DNA of 64,000 bases from Phoronis australis (lineage: Eukaryota; Animalia; Phoronida): the NCBI GenBank assembly GCA_002633005.1, contig NMRA01000036.1, positions 248,001-312,000 of the forward strand. The letters run 5' to 3'. The translations under genes and the position numbers were made by a program. Below, piece after piece: positions 24,501-39,500 of the stretch. Position 1 is the stretch's first letter. Each line of letters begins with the position of its first letter. Below the pieces are notes generated by a model that saw only the letters and a list, made by a program, of their open reading frames with translations, made no database searches and had not been told where the DNA came from.

Positions 24501-27500
24501 AGACTTTGTTTACACTCAGATACAGCCATGTATTTGTCTCTTATTCATATGGCACTTGTCGTCATACCAAGTCATGGGTACAATTTGATTTATACTTGTA
24601 TTCTTCTATTCATTGGTGTCATTTTTTATCACCATTTGAGAAAAAAATCACAACCAATTACATTGCTTTGCAGTTTGGGTTACCACCAGAGATTTACTGT
24701 GGTCTTTTAACCACAAAAATGTCTCATTTTGAAGAAATGCTTTGTAATGACGCAAGTAACCGTGCTTCTGTCTGTCTAGTTTTATTTGATGTAGAAGGGA
24801 CTTCATGTTAATACTCTCTGTTTGACCTGGCCCTTTGCCTACATTTCCTTTTTAATAGACTATCTTAAAACAATTTATTCTTTGTTGCCAATATTTTAAT
24901 TTGTTTAATGAGAATGGAACTAATCTGTAAACATAGATGTTAAGTACATTCAATTAACCTAATTTCATTTCCATTATGGCTACCGTTTGTTGTCTCAAAG
25001 TAAATGTCTCATAGATCTGAACTGACCTTAAATATACCCTTTGCTTTGTTTTCATCAGTTTAAAACTTAGGTTGAATCTCATCAGCCAAGAGATGTTGAA
25101 GCTGCATTTTGGCCTGCCTTGTTTAACTGCAAATTGATATGAGCATTTTAATCATAAAATCGGTCTCACAGTATTAGTCCACCTGGTAGTATTCCTTATT
25201 TTGATAGGATTCTATTTATGATACCAACAAGAGCATCAAAACTTTCAGTACCTCAAGAAAACACGTATTCAGAGTTTATTGGGGTGGGCTAACTCTAAAG
25301 AATTGCAAATTCGAAAATGGTGCATTTTTCGCATTGCTCGTGATTCGAGTTGGTAAGGAAAATGGAATCCTATCATGGTAAGAAATATTATGAAACCAGT
25401 ATTTTCCTCTTTCTCAATATCTACCAAGTTCCTCTGGATCTTCATGAAATTTGGTTTGAGTGTTCCTATTGACTTCTGGGTGGGCCTTTACTGTAGCGCT
25501 CTCTTGTGGTACTTTTGTCTCTACATCAATATCTATCATGTTTCTGAATATGTCTACCAGAAATTTGGCTGGTAACTCAATTTGCACTGAATAAGGAATA
25601 ACTCTAGGTAGTTTTACCACAAATTTTGCTGATTTTCAACCATATGACAAGAATCCTTCATTGACACCCAAACCAGTGGAGATTGAGCAACTTGACTGGT
25701 TTGCCTACCTAAGGAATTGTGGGTTTGGATCAAAGACTTCATGCTTTTGTGGTTAATTAAATTGCCTCAAGCTGCTGATGTTATCATTCTTAGATAATCA
25801 GACCCACCATAAACACACTGAGGGTGACAATTTTTTTTAGTTTACGATTTGAAAGTTTTAAATAGCACAATTGAATTGTTCATGAAAAGTAGACATTATT
25901 TGGTTTTTGAATTTTTAAAATCGGACAAGAAATGTGACTTTTAGCCTGTGGATTTTAACAGAATGTTGCCCAGAGCTCGCGTGTTGTTCTGTGCTTCATT
26001 AATTCTGTGGCGTGTGCAACATAATGGGACAATAGCGGATTTGCAGCGCAAACGAACTACGCATTGCGCATGTGCGAGTTACTTCCTGCGCGAAGGCTCA
26101 TGGGATAGCATGTTGACGAACAAAAAGTCCAAGGGACACACATCTTACAAGTTTCACCCGATACCTTCTCAAGCTAGTTTACAAGTGTTGCGCGCTAGCG
26201 TCACGCGCTAGCGTCACACGCTAGCCGCGTCACGCGCTTCGCACAGTCTCGCGCTAATCTTTGCTTAACGTCCGAGATCAAGTGATTCAGTTGACATGCT
26301 TTGTGGTTATCGCGGCTCACGCAGTGATAAAATTAAGGCAACCAAAAAAGTGGAGTTGTAATTCTTCCCCAAAGTCAACTTAATTCTCACAACTAAGCTT
26401 CATCAAAGATATGTATAGAAGTAGAAAGGACCAATGATGAAAGTAAGCGTTTTTTTTAAATGATAGTTTTAAGTGTAGAATGTATTTTTGACGAGGTGAA
26501 AACTCGAAATCGGTAACTCAAATCCGGTCACGGCCCGTTTAAAATACACTGAAGTAACGAAATGAGTACAGAAAGCGAATGGGAGTATTGTAGCCTCTAT
26601 ATGGCCAACCGAGGGGCTACGTGTTGCCTACTAGATAGCCCGGCGTTGGTTTGAATTGGCTAAATCTCCCCTTACTCCCAGCTCTCCTAATGTTGTTTAT
26701 CCATTTTTCACGAAGTTCTTGGTTTACAGGGAACACATAAAAACTCAGATTTTTATCTGTCTTGTTGTTTTTGAAGCAGCCAGGAACACAAGTGTATCCG
26801 CCGTAAGTTTTCTTCGCGCTCATACCGCGTATTATGCTTGTTACTATGGCCGCTTTCGGAATCCTGACCACAGCACCCACAATGCACCATTTTAACCTAA
26901 TTTCAATATGGCGTCGCTGCAAATCCGCTATTGCCAAACCAGTGGGGAGTGTTGGATTTTGAGGTAGGCCAAGTGTCATCGCACAATTCTTCACATGCAG
27001 GAGAGGTTATGCCAAATGAATATTTATTGGTAACTCAGTAGTGTTCATATGAGAAATAAAGAGTTCATTAAGAAAGTAATTAAAGGGACATAGTGATTTA
27101 GGGCTGAGAATACATTTTGGGGGTTATCGTTGAGTGGGATAGACTTCTTGGAGTCATTAGCCTTCATCAGAAGTATAAAGCAGCAAAACAATTGTTATTT
27201 TGTGATTTTATTAGAAATCACCGATTCCTGACATTAGATTCCAGCTATTCAATAAAACTGTCTGATTCAAGGCCCGTGACCTTATTATATTGCACTTAAA
27301 TAATTACTCAGCAAGTTGCTACATTGGCATTTTAATTTGCTCAAGTGGCAAAGCAACATTTTATGGCTGCTGAGGTCAACCGTGGGCTCAAGTCCATCTT
27401 GGAGCTGATTTCTATTACACAACATTGTGTCCGATAATTTCACTTTAACGAAAGCCTTCGAGATTAATTTAGGGACCATTGTCAATGTGAGCTAAAAATA

Positions 27501-30500
27501 TTGAGAGTTAAGTCCACAACGGAAACTCTTGTTAGTGCTAATTACAACCAGCAACTTGTGCTTGTTAATCAGTAAGATGAACAATGTCTGCTTGGGATTT
27601 TAGCATGCTAATCACCGTTTGGTTTGGATTGCATTTCAAGAAATCTTGTTTACTAGTCGTATATTATCTGACAAAAGTGCATTCATGTTTGACATATTTC
27701 CTGATGATACAAAAGTGCATCACAAGCTCAGTTACTGGAGATGAAAGGAAGACTGTGGGTTGGCATATACTTCTAGGTAGTTGTTCAAAGGAAGACTGTG
27801 GGTTGGCATAGTGATTTTACTTCTAGGTAGCTGTTCAAAGGAAGACTGTGGGTTGGCATAATGATTTTATTTCTAGTTAGTTGTTCAAAGGAAGACTGTG
27901 GGTTGGCATAATGATTTTACTTCTAGTTAGTTGTTCAAAGGAAGACTGTGGGTTGGCATATTGATTTTACTTCTAGATAGCTGTTCAAAGGAAGACTGTG
28001 GGTTGGCATTATGATTTTACTTCTTAAGATAGCTGTTCAAAAAATCCAAATCCAAATCATTTACTGTTGGAAAATTGGCTCGTTTTCCTTGTCAGCAAGA
28101 ACATTCAAAGCTTTTATGAGAAAAAAAGAATGCTTCAGAATATCATGTGTAACCAGCACCCTGCAAGGAGAAATGGAATTGCTTTAGTGAACTCGTACAT
28201 AATTCATAATTCAAAACTAAATGTTGCGGGCACCGATGCTATGGTGACAAGCAAATACTTTTATCTCGGCTCGGATAGCGTTTGGTCTAATGGTAGTTTG
28301 CAGTGCAAGGAGATGAGAGTTAAGTTGGTAGATGTCATTTATTACTGATGCCTAGCTGAAATGGAGATAATGAAATGTACTAACAAAGCACACTTTGAAG
28401 ATGGGCACAAAAATGCCACACTACAGTCAAAAAATGCTAACAAATTGGTGCAGTTGAAAAATACAGTGACGTTTTCTTAAAATTCGAACCCAAAATAATT
28501 GCTAAAATAACCATTAATCCACTTTTTCAGAAAATCTCACTGTATTATCAAAAAGTTATTAAAATTTCATACTGTAATGTGTTTGCTAGTGACAGCTCAG
28601 CTATACAATAAAAATTGTGCAAAGAACGAGCTGAATTTTTTTCCTGTAACCATTGTTGAAAATTTTGATAAAATATAATTTCACAGTTGCTCCATATTGT
28701 GTTCTAAATAAAAGAAACTTTACCGCGGTATGCCCTTAAATAATAGCAGTGATACAAGAACTAGTGACAAATATGAAATAAAAATAATTGACGAGACAGG
28801 AAAGGAATGCAAGTGAGTCACGCAAAATAAATGAGAAGAAATAGATATGGAGACATGGTGGGGGAGGCAGAAAAATAAGCCGAGTGAAATTGTTTCCTTG
28901 AAAAGAGGATGACAGACAACTGAGTGTAACCAATGGGATTAGTAGTAAATAGATCAGCCAATGAGTGTCTCAGTTCCGACTAATATGCTGAAGCCGTTGT
29001 TACCATGGTGAGGAATATTGTTAGCTCTCATTAAGGTATGTAGGACCACACCACAAGTCTGTGCATTTAGGAAAATGTCAAGAAAACTAGTTTTCAATGC
29101 AGTATCACTGCATATTTTCTGAAAGTAGAAAGCTTGCAGAATTCAATTTTTGACTTTATACCAATATGCCATTAATTGGGTGACATGGCCATGTCTCTTT
29201 AGTAAATATAGTAAAAAAGAATGGTACGTTGATAACAAAAGAACAGTATAAATAACATGATCAATTTTTATTTGATATACATTGCAAGGTGAGATTTTAA
29301 AAACCCTGTTACAATTTTCTGAAATATTTCATTTTCATGAAAATCAAGTCATATTTTTTCATGCTTAAGTGGGAAATTTTCCAAACAATTCCTGGCACCG
29401 TTTTTGAGAACAGTGCATCAAACATAGTATCTGAAAGTTTCGTATGGCTCTGCTAGTCATTTCTGAGATGTAATGTTCTGAAGTTAGCCAAATTTAGATA
29501 TTTTTATAGGTTCCGCATAATTTTAAGTCAAGCCGATGTCACAAACTTTGAACTGGAATAAGTCAAGTTAGTAGTGAAGAATCAATGAAGCAACTAGTGG
29601 ACTCTATTGGTCCTATGTTGTTGGTCCTATGTTGTTGGTCCTATGTTGTTGGTCCTATGTTGTTATGATGTGTAATAAGGAACACAAACTTACTGTATTA
29701 GATATCTAACCAAAACAACAGGATCCACCTCAGAGCATGAACCAAAAGGATGGTTTTCAAGTACGGCATTGCATAGCGCTTCAAGTCCAGTTGACCGGTT
29801 TATTTATCCATTTTTCCTCTTGAAATTTATGCAGCTAAATGAGCATTCCTGAAGATTTAAAGTGACAAAAGTCCCAGTCCTAGTCAACAAGACAGGTGTA
29901 TTGAGTACTGCCGTTTTCGTTCATGTGTGATTAGCCCTATTTGCTCATGGAATGAAGTTGACCTCGGCAATTTTTTTCTTACAATTTGCAATCAGTATGA
30001 AGAAGTTAATTTCTAATTCAACTCATTGAATTAACCTTCCATTAATCAGTTCAATACATGTAAAAGCAGCCACCTCGAATTACTAATTGGCGGTGATACA
30101 CACAGCTTCATATAAATATTTCATCAACAGTAGGCTTGTTTAAAATGCCATGGTGGGGATAAGCGTCAGACATGACCTTCCTCACAGGATCTTAATCATT
30201 TTAAGAATAGGTACAGATACTTTTAACTTGCTGTAACCCATTTTGCAAATCCCCAGGAATCAAATTTCCGTGAAAATAACACAATCAAACGAGGAAGAAA
30301 TTAAGCCAATTAGTATCATAAACAACTAGGGTGAAATTTAGTTCACAATTTTGTTTTGCTGATTTTCCCTGTAAAAGTAACTTTGACACTCCTTGTTTGT
30401 TTGTAATTCTCATTAGTCTGTGACCAGGTAATAGTGGGAGATATGTATAAACAATGCGTTGATAAGTATCCACCAGTTCATAATCTTCATTAGAATTATG

Positions 30501-33500
30501 CAGGTTATTAATTTCATATTGGTTTTTTTTTTGCAATTTACATTTTTATCCCCCCGGTGTCCGGTGTCCGCTGCTTTATCTTCAAAAACTTTTCATGTAT
30601 GTTCATGAAATTTTGCACGTGTTTTTTTTCGGGGCAGCATGAGTGAATTTTCTGGCGGTGTGTCCCCTAGTGATCATTTTATTTTATACATTGGTCTGTT
30701 TCTTTGGAGTTCCTTAACTGATTTTCGTAAACGTTGGCTACCTAGGAAGATGGTGCCACCTTCGCGTTTTTGAATGGATTCAACATATTTTGTGCCAGCT
30801 AGTGGCCATTTTTACTGTTTTCAAGTCTGTTTATTACCCTCTGCTCCTCTATAAGCCAAACCGTTTGGCCTCTGTAAGGAGGATTATGTTCCTCAATTGG
30901 GAAGAAGACAGCAGATGATGATTTTCAGATGGGTCCAATTACAGTGGCTCTTCCTAGTGGCGTTTTTTTGCGTCCATGGCTTTATCTCCAAAACCATACG
31001 CGGTATATTTGTTAAATTTGGCAAGTGTATTGCAGGTGACAACTGGTGACAACGACTTTCAGACGGATGCAACTACTGCTGTGTCCCCTAGTGGCAATTT
31101 TATTTTTTCTCGTTTTCCTCTGTATCCTTGGAGTTCCTTGATATATTTTCATAAAATTTTGCAAATAGGTTTCTATTAAAAAATCGATGGCCCCTTTTTG
31201 GTTGCAGATGGATTTTACAGTGGCCTTTTTATGTTTGAGTCTGTTTTAGGCACCCATCTATCGTCCAAACCACTCTTCAACTGGGAAGAACATGGTTGGC
31301 AATTTTCACACAGTTTTGACTATTGTGGCGTCCCCAAGTGGTAGTTTCTTTTTTTCGCATCTGCAACAGCACTGTTTCTTCCTGAAGGATCTTTGTAAAA
31401 TTTGGTAAATGTATTTCTATGAGCGTGACAATAGATGACTTACTTTTTGGATGTATTTGACAACCGCTGTGCCCCCAAATGCCAGTTTTAATTTTTTTAC
31501 AATCTGGGCAGGTATGTCCCTATTAGGGAGAGCATTGCTCACTTGCGAAGCACCCCCAAGAGGCTATTTTAAGTTTACTAGTTTATTCCATTTAGTGGGA
31601 ATGTTTAAATTGTAATCATCCCCTGTGTCTGCACAATATGCGCTGCACACAGTGGTTGCATATCAACACTCTGTGTTGCTCTTGTCAAGGATGACATAAC
31701 CATGTTAAAGAATCATTCCTGAACTGATGTACATGGAACTCAGTCACGGAAATGTATGAGACATTATAGTTGACGATTTCATGTTTTTCTTAGTGAGGTG
31801 GAATTTTGAGTTAAAAAGGGCATAGCTTTCTTTTCAAGGACAGCATGGACACAAAAAGGTTTAGTAGAGCCTTTGAAAAAAGGTCACATTTGACTATGGT
31901 AAAGATTCTACAATTTGGGACAGTAAAAAGTTTTATCTATTTTGCCCATGGTACGTGATATGAGCCAGCTATGTTGCAAAACAAGATTAGGATTGTAAAT
32001 AATTTCATTTATTATGACATAAGTTGAAAGAAATAAAGAAGACTGCAGATGGGCATGGAAAAATGCCATGATGGCAGTATGGGAATACTGAAATGTCCCA
32101 TCCGAGGAAGCGCGTAACGCGGGCAATTACAAACGAAGACTATGTACAGAAATGTATACAAGAAATAACAAGGTACAAGTAAAACTAGTTATATGAAAGT
32201 TAACAATGATAAAAGGTATGTGGTAATACTGACTAAATTTTGAAAAGGTTGCAACAACAACCCCTTGGGGCGCAGGCTTCAATGACAGACCTGCGTAGGA
32301 GAAGTCAGGAAGGCTGCAACAACAGACCTGACCTGGAGGTGGGAAGAAACAACATCTTAATGGGAGGAAGCTGAAAAGTAAAGGAGGGGGGGAGGGAATG
32401 GGGAGCTTAAACTACAGACTGCCAAGGGGGTGTGGGATACGTAGTTAAGAGGAAAAACCATACTTGCGGATGTAGTTTTTTGTGCAAATGATTTCCAGCG
32501 TTCCCTGCCCTGAATCACAGGTTAGGAGATGCCACGGCATGGGACTTATAAGACTTGGCTTTGAGACCTAAGGAAACTACTTTTAAATATTTAATGTGGA
32601 GTTGCAGGAGGAATAGGTAACCGGTGATCTGCTGAGGTGGACGTGTAACAGGGTGCCTTGACTGGTGGATGGAACGATAGAAATATACAGAGTTGGGTGG
32701 CTACGGGGCAAAGGAGAGATTGGATGGAAGGGATTGTAAGGGAGATTGGGGCAGAACTGTGCTTGAAAGTACGGCTGGTGATGACCACAAAGTTGACAGA
32801 TGGTGGGAAGATGACGTTGTTAATCTGGGTGACATGGGAAGTGAGAGATGAGGAGGTGATTGAATTTTCTGACTTCAAGGAAGACTTGAAAGGCTAGGAG
32901 GAACATGGCACATGTAAAAGAACCTAGTCGGTAAAAGAATCGAGTGTGGAAGGACAGGCGTCAAACAGATGGTGCAGCAAGACTGAAGTAATAGGCATGG
33001 GTTTGTCAGCAGATGAGCGAAGATTGGAAGCATCTTTGAGGAGCTTTTTGATGAAAAAGGAGGAGGTAGGGTCAGGGAGGTTGTCCAGTTTGTGAACAAA
33101 ACTAATGGCTGAGACATATAGGACTGGATTGATGAGGCACTAAGGCCAGTTTTGGAGAGATGTGAGATGTAGCTGACCAAGTTAGTTGTCTTAATAGATA
33201 AGGTCGGAAGGGAGAGGTTAGAGGAGAGGTGTAATTGTGGAAGTTACGGAGGATATGAGTGTAGGACTGTTCAGTGGAAGGGACCAGGGAAGCACTGAGC
33301 AGTCTGGTCACACCTTCAAAAGGTGTGGTGGGATTGGCATTGCATGTTTTAGGGCTGAGCCATGAACCCTGCAAAAAGGCACCCTGAATGTTGAAACGAG
33401 AAACAACATTTAGTGAAACCAGGGATGTGTTATAGAAAGGTAAGCATAGAGAGGACGAGACACGACACAAGAGGCACATAGTAAGGGGTGGTGGGATGAG

Positions 33501-36500
33501 GTCTTGTGAATGTTGACGACAGCACTGTTAGGAAGGGAATCTTGTGGTTGGCGAGTTTTGAGCCCCAAAGCTGCAGTGCGATGACGATAGGTAGGTGTTC
33601 CTTGAACATGATGTGATGGTGCTGGAAGTGAGCTTGCCCAGAGCTGGCAAACCAGGAAGCCCCCTGCATTGCCACGAAACCCCAATTAGTGGCTGTAGCA
33701 TCGGCTTACAGTTTGATGGTTCGCAAGATGAGCATTCGGGATAAGGTTTTCCTCATTGTAATCTTGGAGGAAAATTGACCAGGCCCTGAGGTCTGCTTGG
33801 GCTTTTTTGTTGAGAGTGACTTGGTGGTCTAGAAATACCAATGGCGAGGTTGATGAGGCGACGGAGGAAGGCGCGACCGGGCACGATGGCCGAGCACACG
33901 AAGTTGAGTAGGCCTATTAGTGATTGGAGATCGTGTAGAGTGACCTTTTGGCGCTTCTAGAAGTTGAAAAGGTCTTGTCCACCTTGTCCTGTGGGAGTGA
34001 AGCAGTCATGGTGGCTGAGTTGAGATGGATGCCATAAATGGTGATTGAGGTGGTTGGTTGATGGAGATGCATTCTGTTAAAAAATGATGAATTTCTGATT
34101 TAGACCACTTACCACAGACAATTGATCTCGTTTTGATCCTTACTCAGATAAGTAGGGACTTCTGGGTTTGCAAAGAACTAACAATTCGTTATTTGTTGAG
34201 ATCATACTCGGTGCGTAAACTGATATACCGTGACAAGCCAGCTTGTAGAACCTAATCTCAAGCAATAGGGAACTGTCTGTTAATTCTGTTGAAGACCTTA
34301 GATCATCTCCAGCTTGACTTAAAGGAACAATTTGAAACCAGTTTCATTACACTGAGTGTTTTAAATGAAAAGTTGTTTTATTTTGTGATGAAAGGCTTGT
34401 TTAAAGCCGCCTTAATGAGAGCTCATATATTTCCAATTTTCCTCACATGCATGGTCTGCAGGGAATATTGGGATAAGTAATGACACTCAGACGTGATAGG
34501 TAACAAATGGTAACCTATAAATAAATCAGTGGTGTCATTTTGTATATTTTTGATGAATAATATTACTTAGACATGATAGGTAACAAATGGTAACCTATAA
34601 ATAAATCAATGGTGTCATTTTGTATAGCCTACTTTTCGTTTAGCGAGTGATGTATATTTCTTTATAAATAATTAAATGGACTTATTAATTTCAACAAACT
34701 AGCCTCAAATATTTACATACCGTGATAGTAATGGCTACCTACAAACTGAACAAAGTGAACAATTCAATCACTTGCAAGTTATATGAAGGATTGACAACCT
34801 TAACAAAAATAATGTCTTATTAGCTTTGTTTTTTGTTGAATAAGTATTTGAAATAAAATGAAAGCCATGTTTTAAGGGGACATTTTGCTGCTGTTAATGA
34901 CTGTCAATCTTGAATTCTTAACCACAGCACTTTAGCACATTTCCATTGTTGAGTTTTTGCCAAATGAGCGGGCAACTGTTATTTTCAAAGCGCACTTATT
35001 TTCAAATTGTCATTGGTTGGCCAATCCCAATAAGTTTTGATGCATTTCTTTATGTTGCTGACAGGATTGAGAGGAATAATATGAGGTCAATATTAAGTGA
35101 GTAAAAGATCTAGTTTCATTTTGGTGTTTTCTGCCAGCTAAACAGGCCTGGATGAAATCCAGTTTTAAGTAATTCTGATAATTAAGACCCAACGTTTCAT
35201 TAGCTTCTTAAGTCATGGGGTGTGACATTTTTTCTTGCCAGTTGGTCTGAATTGTGTTGGTATGGAAATAGTTTGTATCTTAGAAAATCAAATTGTGTTA
35301 ATACTCGCAGGAGACATTTTGGTTGTTGAAATGCCTAACATATTGTATGTGATGTTTAATTTTGTTTCTATACTTAAATTTTAAGTAATAGTACATGACC
35401 AACTTATCTGTACCATATCCCTGCCATGCTGGCTACTTCTGCATGGTCTCAAGGAATAAATGTACTATTACTTCTTTTGCAAGCTGAGACATCACTTCTG
35501 ATCAGAGTAATGAGCAAATTGAAAAACTTTTGTAGTGAAAAGAATAAAAAATTTGCTTGAAAGGACTGCTAGCTTATAACCATGTTAGTTTGCGCTATAA
35601 CCACAAGGTTTTTTTCCATTGCTGCCTACAACTTCTGATAACCCAGTGTCACATCAAATTACCATTGAGAGGGATCCCTACCACATGTTAACAAGAGCTA
35701 CAAGGAACATTAACATGCTCCTTCCATATGCTCACAAATGGTTTAAGATACAGGGGTGCTCATTTCTTCAAATATTTCCATGGTCCATCTGAAACTCAAC
35801 ACCGGTTTTTCTCTCTGGAAACATGTACCAGTACATTAAAAGCTGGAGAATTTTTCTGTTGGTTAAATTTCCACCAAAGAACTTCAGTTGGTAAATAATA
35901 AGATTATGTAGCACCATATCAATTATAGTCTGTGCCAAGAATTTTCAAAGCTAGGTTTTAACTATAAAAGTTGAAAGCATGTAGAGTTTGAGGTTTGAGT
36001 TGAAAGTAATATAAATGGTCTGTTAAGAGGTCATAGAATGTGGAAGGACTGCTGTTGTCATCTCAATTGAAAGTTAACATATTTGGCAGATAACATTAAA
36101 ATCCATCAAGAAACTTAAGGGATACATAAGGTAAAAACTAAAATTGGAAGTAAAGGGCCTGGAACAGTGGTGGTTGGATTCGATTAAAAGCCCTCATCAT
36201 CTATTATCAGCCACATAACAGAAGTCACCTGTAACATGTCACTCAAGGGGGCTTGGGAAACACAACAGTGAACAGCCGAATGCCAGAGATGACAGCACTA
36301 TACACTCGTATATGAATATCTTGGCGCATATAAGTGGTTGTCAAAACTGGAATGTTAAAAAAACAAGTTCCCTAACAAAAATACCATTAAATGATTCTCC
36401 TTGGTGCTGCAATCACCTTTCAGGTTCCTGCTAGCGTTGGATTCAGAAAACTTATGCTTTTGTGAGCTGACAGCGAATCCATGAATTCTTGTTTTGTGAA

Positions 36501-39500
36501 ATATGAGTGAGATTTATACCCATGCATTGAAGTTCACAGTTGGCTTTTGTTGGTTGGTTCATCAATGAGCCTATACAGTTTAGCATTAATTAAGATTTTT
36601 CCATCAACCTTTCCAGTCTACGTAGTTTACTACCATCATCTTACATCCACTTATTATTTGGTTGCATAAAACTTTTGAACAAACTTATCTGCTGGATAAA
36701 TAAGATTATATTCCATGACGTCAAGAGACTTTTTAACAATAGCAACATGAAGTGGTTTTGTAGATGTGTAGTTAGTTCTTAATGAGGTCTTCGTGCAATT
36801 CTTATTATCTTGCATACAAATAGCCAATCAGTTGCCAAAGCCTTATATAAATAGTTTGCGCACAGCATTTCTCAGAATAGATTTGTAAGATAGTGTTTAT
36901 TCATTCACACAAATTCTAGTATTATTATTGTACAGCAGTCTTTTTAATGAAATAAACAACGGTGAATTAGCATCGGTAACTCTGTGTCCTGTAGACTGGC
37001 ATTTAAACTAGTGCAAGTTGCACATGGGGCAACTTTGCACATGGGGCAACTTGCGCTTGATCAGCTGAGCGTTAACATAATGATGCCAAGTAGCGTCAGG
37101 CACCGTGGGTGCAGTGGCTGTTTCCCATTGTACTCTTATGTTTGGCGGCACAATGTATTCCGGAAAATCATCTCCTGATGCAAATGATGACGGAGTAGAC
37201 TTATTGTTACGTAATTTGAATTCAGTTGAGAGCCTTGTTTAAAGTCTGCTGGAGGTCTATGGCTAATTGTGATTTGTGTAAGCCAAGCTGCCATTCAACT
37301 AGTTCCACTTGTCAATTCACATTAAAGAAAATGAAATAAAGAATATTAACAAAACATTTGACTGTGTTCTTGTTAAGTCTTGGATATGTAACACTAATCA
37401 GTGGTTTATCCAGGTATATTGCATGTGACATTTACTTTTCTTCTTTCATCTTCTTTTTATTGTTGATCTGTATAACACTTTGCTCGAGTGCATCGTAAAG
37501 CCTTCACCCATCATATGCTTTCGCTCTCAACCGTGAGTGTAGGACAGAGATGACGGACTATCGTTGTGTTAACATATTCTTGTGACCTGATTGGCTGACA
37601 TTAAAAGCTTGATTAACATCATTTTCAGACGACAGTCTTGATGTAATAATAATAATCTTTAGTTATGTGTATATCCATCGTTTAATACTACAGTAGATTT
37701 GTTTTCTCACAGTGTTCTATTCTGAATGCACTGTAATATTCAAAACTACTCTGACTACACTCTATTATTCACAAGGAAAAAGAATTGAGCTAATGCAGTT
37801 TATTTTTTGCTGCAACTGGAAAATTCACCTCCATTAACTCAATTTTTTTCTTGTTTGAAGTTTTCGGTTTCGGTTTGCGGTTTGACCTAATAAGTACTTC
37901 AGGGATGTTTATATTAAATTATAATTTCTGAGAAATTAACACTACTGATAAAAAACGATGATGATATTTTAATGATTCAAAATTAAAGAGATCCTCTGTA
38001 CATAACTGCCACTTCTTTAAAGATGTATTTGCATGCTCCTAACAATGCCAATGTACAGCAAGAACTAAACGACAATGTTATTTGAACACCATCTACGCTA
38101 AACAAAGTGCAGTTGTATTCATTGACAACCTGTAAATGTGAAAACAAAAAATTCTGCCAATAAGTGACCTTTGCACTAATGATATACCTTGGGGGCTCAC
38201 AGTTATTTCTCAATACCAGGTCATGATACTTGCTGGACACGGTTGAGTGATTTACGGCGGATCATTTTCAACACAAAAACTGGTTCTTAAAACATTTGGC
38301 AATTTTCAACCTACTTCATATTTACACCATCTCTGCATGACGGTTTCTAACTAATTTGACCAATCATAGAGATAAGGAAGTGCAAGTTCCACTTTAAAGC
38401 TGCCTAATAGGTCCATCCAAGATGCAAACTTAATTTAAGTTCACTGGAACTTATTTGCTCCTTAATCAGATGAGAAGTGATTTCTGGGTTTGCAAAAGAA
38501 CTAATGGTTTGTTTTTCCTTAAGACCTGATGCTCAGCGCATAGAATGAAATGTTTGTGATGAGCTATCTTCTAGAGCCTGTTCTCAAAACAATATCAAAA
38601 GTTCTTTTGAAACCCTGGCGTCACCTCCAATTTTACTCGGGAGCACTTTGAGACCAATTTCGTAACGTTAAATCGAAAGTTGTTTTTTGTAATGGATGGC
38701 AGGCTTATTACTGCTTTGAGTGCATGCAATTTGCAGTTTGAACATCAATTAATCCATTCCACTCAGTCCACACAAATGATAGTTCATTTCACATATTGTG
38801 ACAATAACATTCAGTTAGCATTACGTGACGACACTGCATGACTATAATTATTTAAACATTTGCTCTAGGTGAAATATTGCATTTTAGGAGTTAATTAATG
38901 TATTCGTTCACTTAATCATGGAATTTGTTCTTCATGAGTTGACAAATAATCAAAACGAAATATATCGTTTGGTTAGTGACTGTGTACTTGACATATTACT
39001 GTGGTGGCTGTGACGTTGTGCACATAGCTTTTAACTCATAATTCTCGTTACACCCAATGTTGGTGCTGAAAGATATTTACTACGCCAGGATATCAACACT
39101 ATAGTTGTTATTTTGGTTAGTGTTACAGTAGGTGTTACAAAATATCACCAATTTAGAACACTCTGTGGTAAACAAGTGACAACTTTTTTCTCTTTTTTGC
39201 AAAAGATATGTAGCACCAAATGAATACTTTGTCTTCAAGTTGTATATTTATAGCTATCATCAGGTGTTGAGCATACACAACAATGTTAGAAGACCTTGAA
39301 AAATAAACATAGTCTGAGTTTTGGTAATTGTTATTGGTCGAAATTGGTGATATTTCACAGATATTGTGGTTAAGTAGGGACGGGAACTTTAAAATTAGTT
39401 TTTATTGTTATGTATACTATAAGTTGTTATAATTGTGTCTGCTACTACTGTTATTAGTTAACTGTTGTTATTACCATTGCTGTTCTTGACACAAAAATTA

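Noticed and set aside
25208-25292. Alternative terminal exon (KILFMIPTRASKLSVPQENTYSEFIGVG*)
   Set aside because: It is phase-compatible with a fair acceptor but has no motif support; such a match is expected by chance in a 22-kb intron.
27744-28040. CRISPR-like array (50-bp period)
   Set aside because: Whole units are near-identical head to tail with no unique spacers; an ordinary minisatellite.
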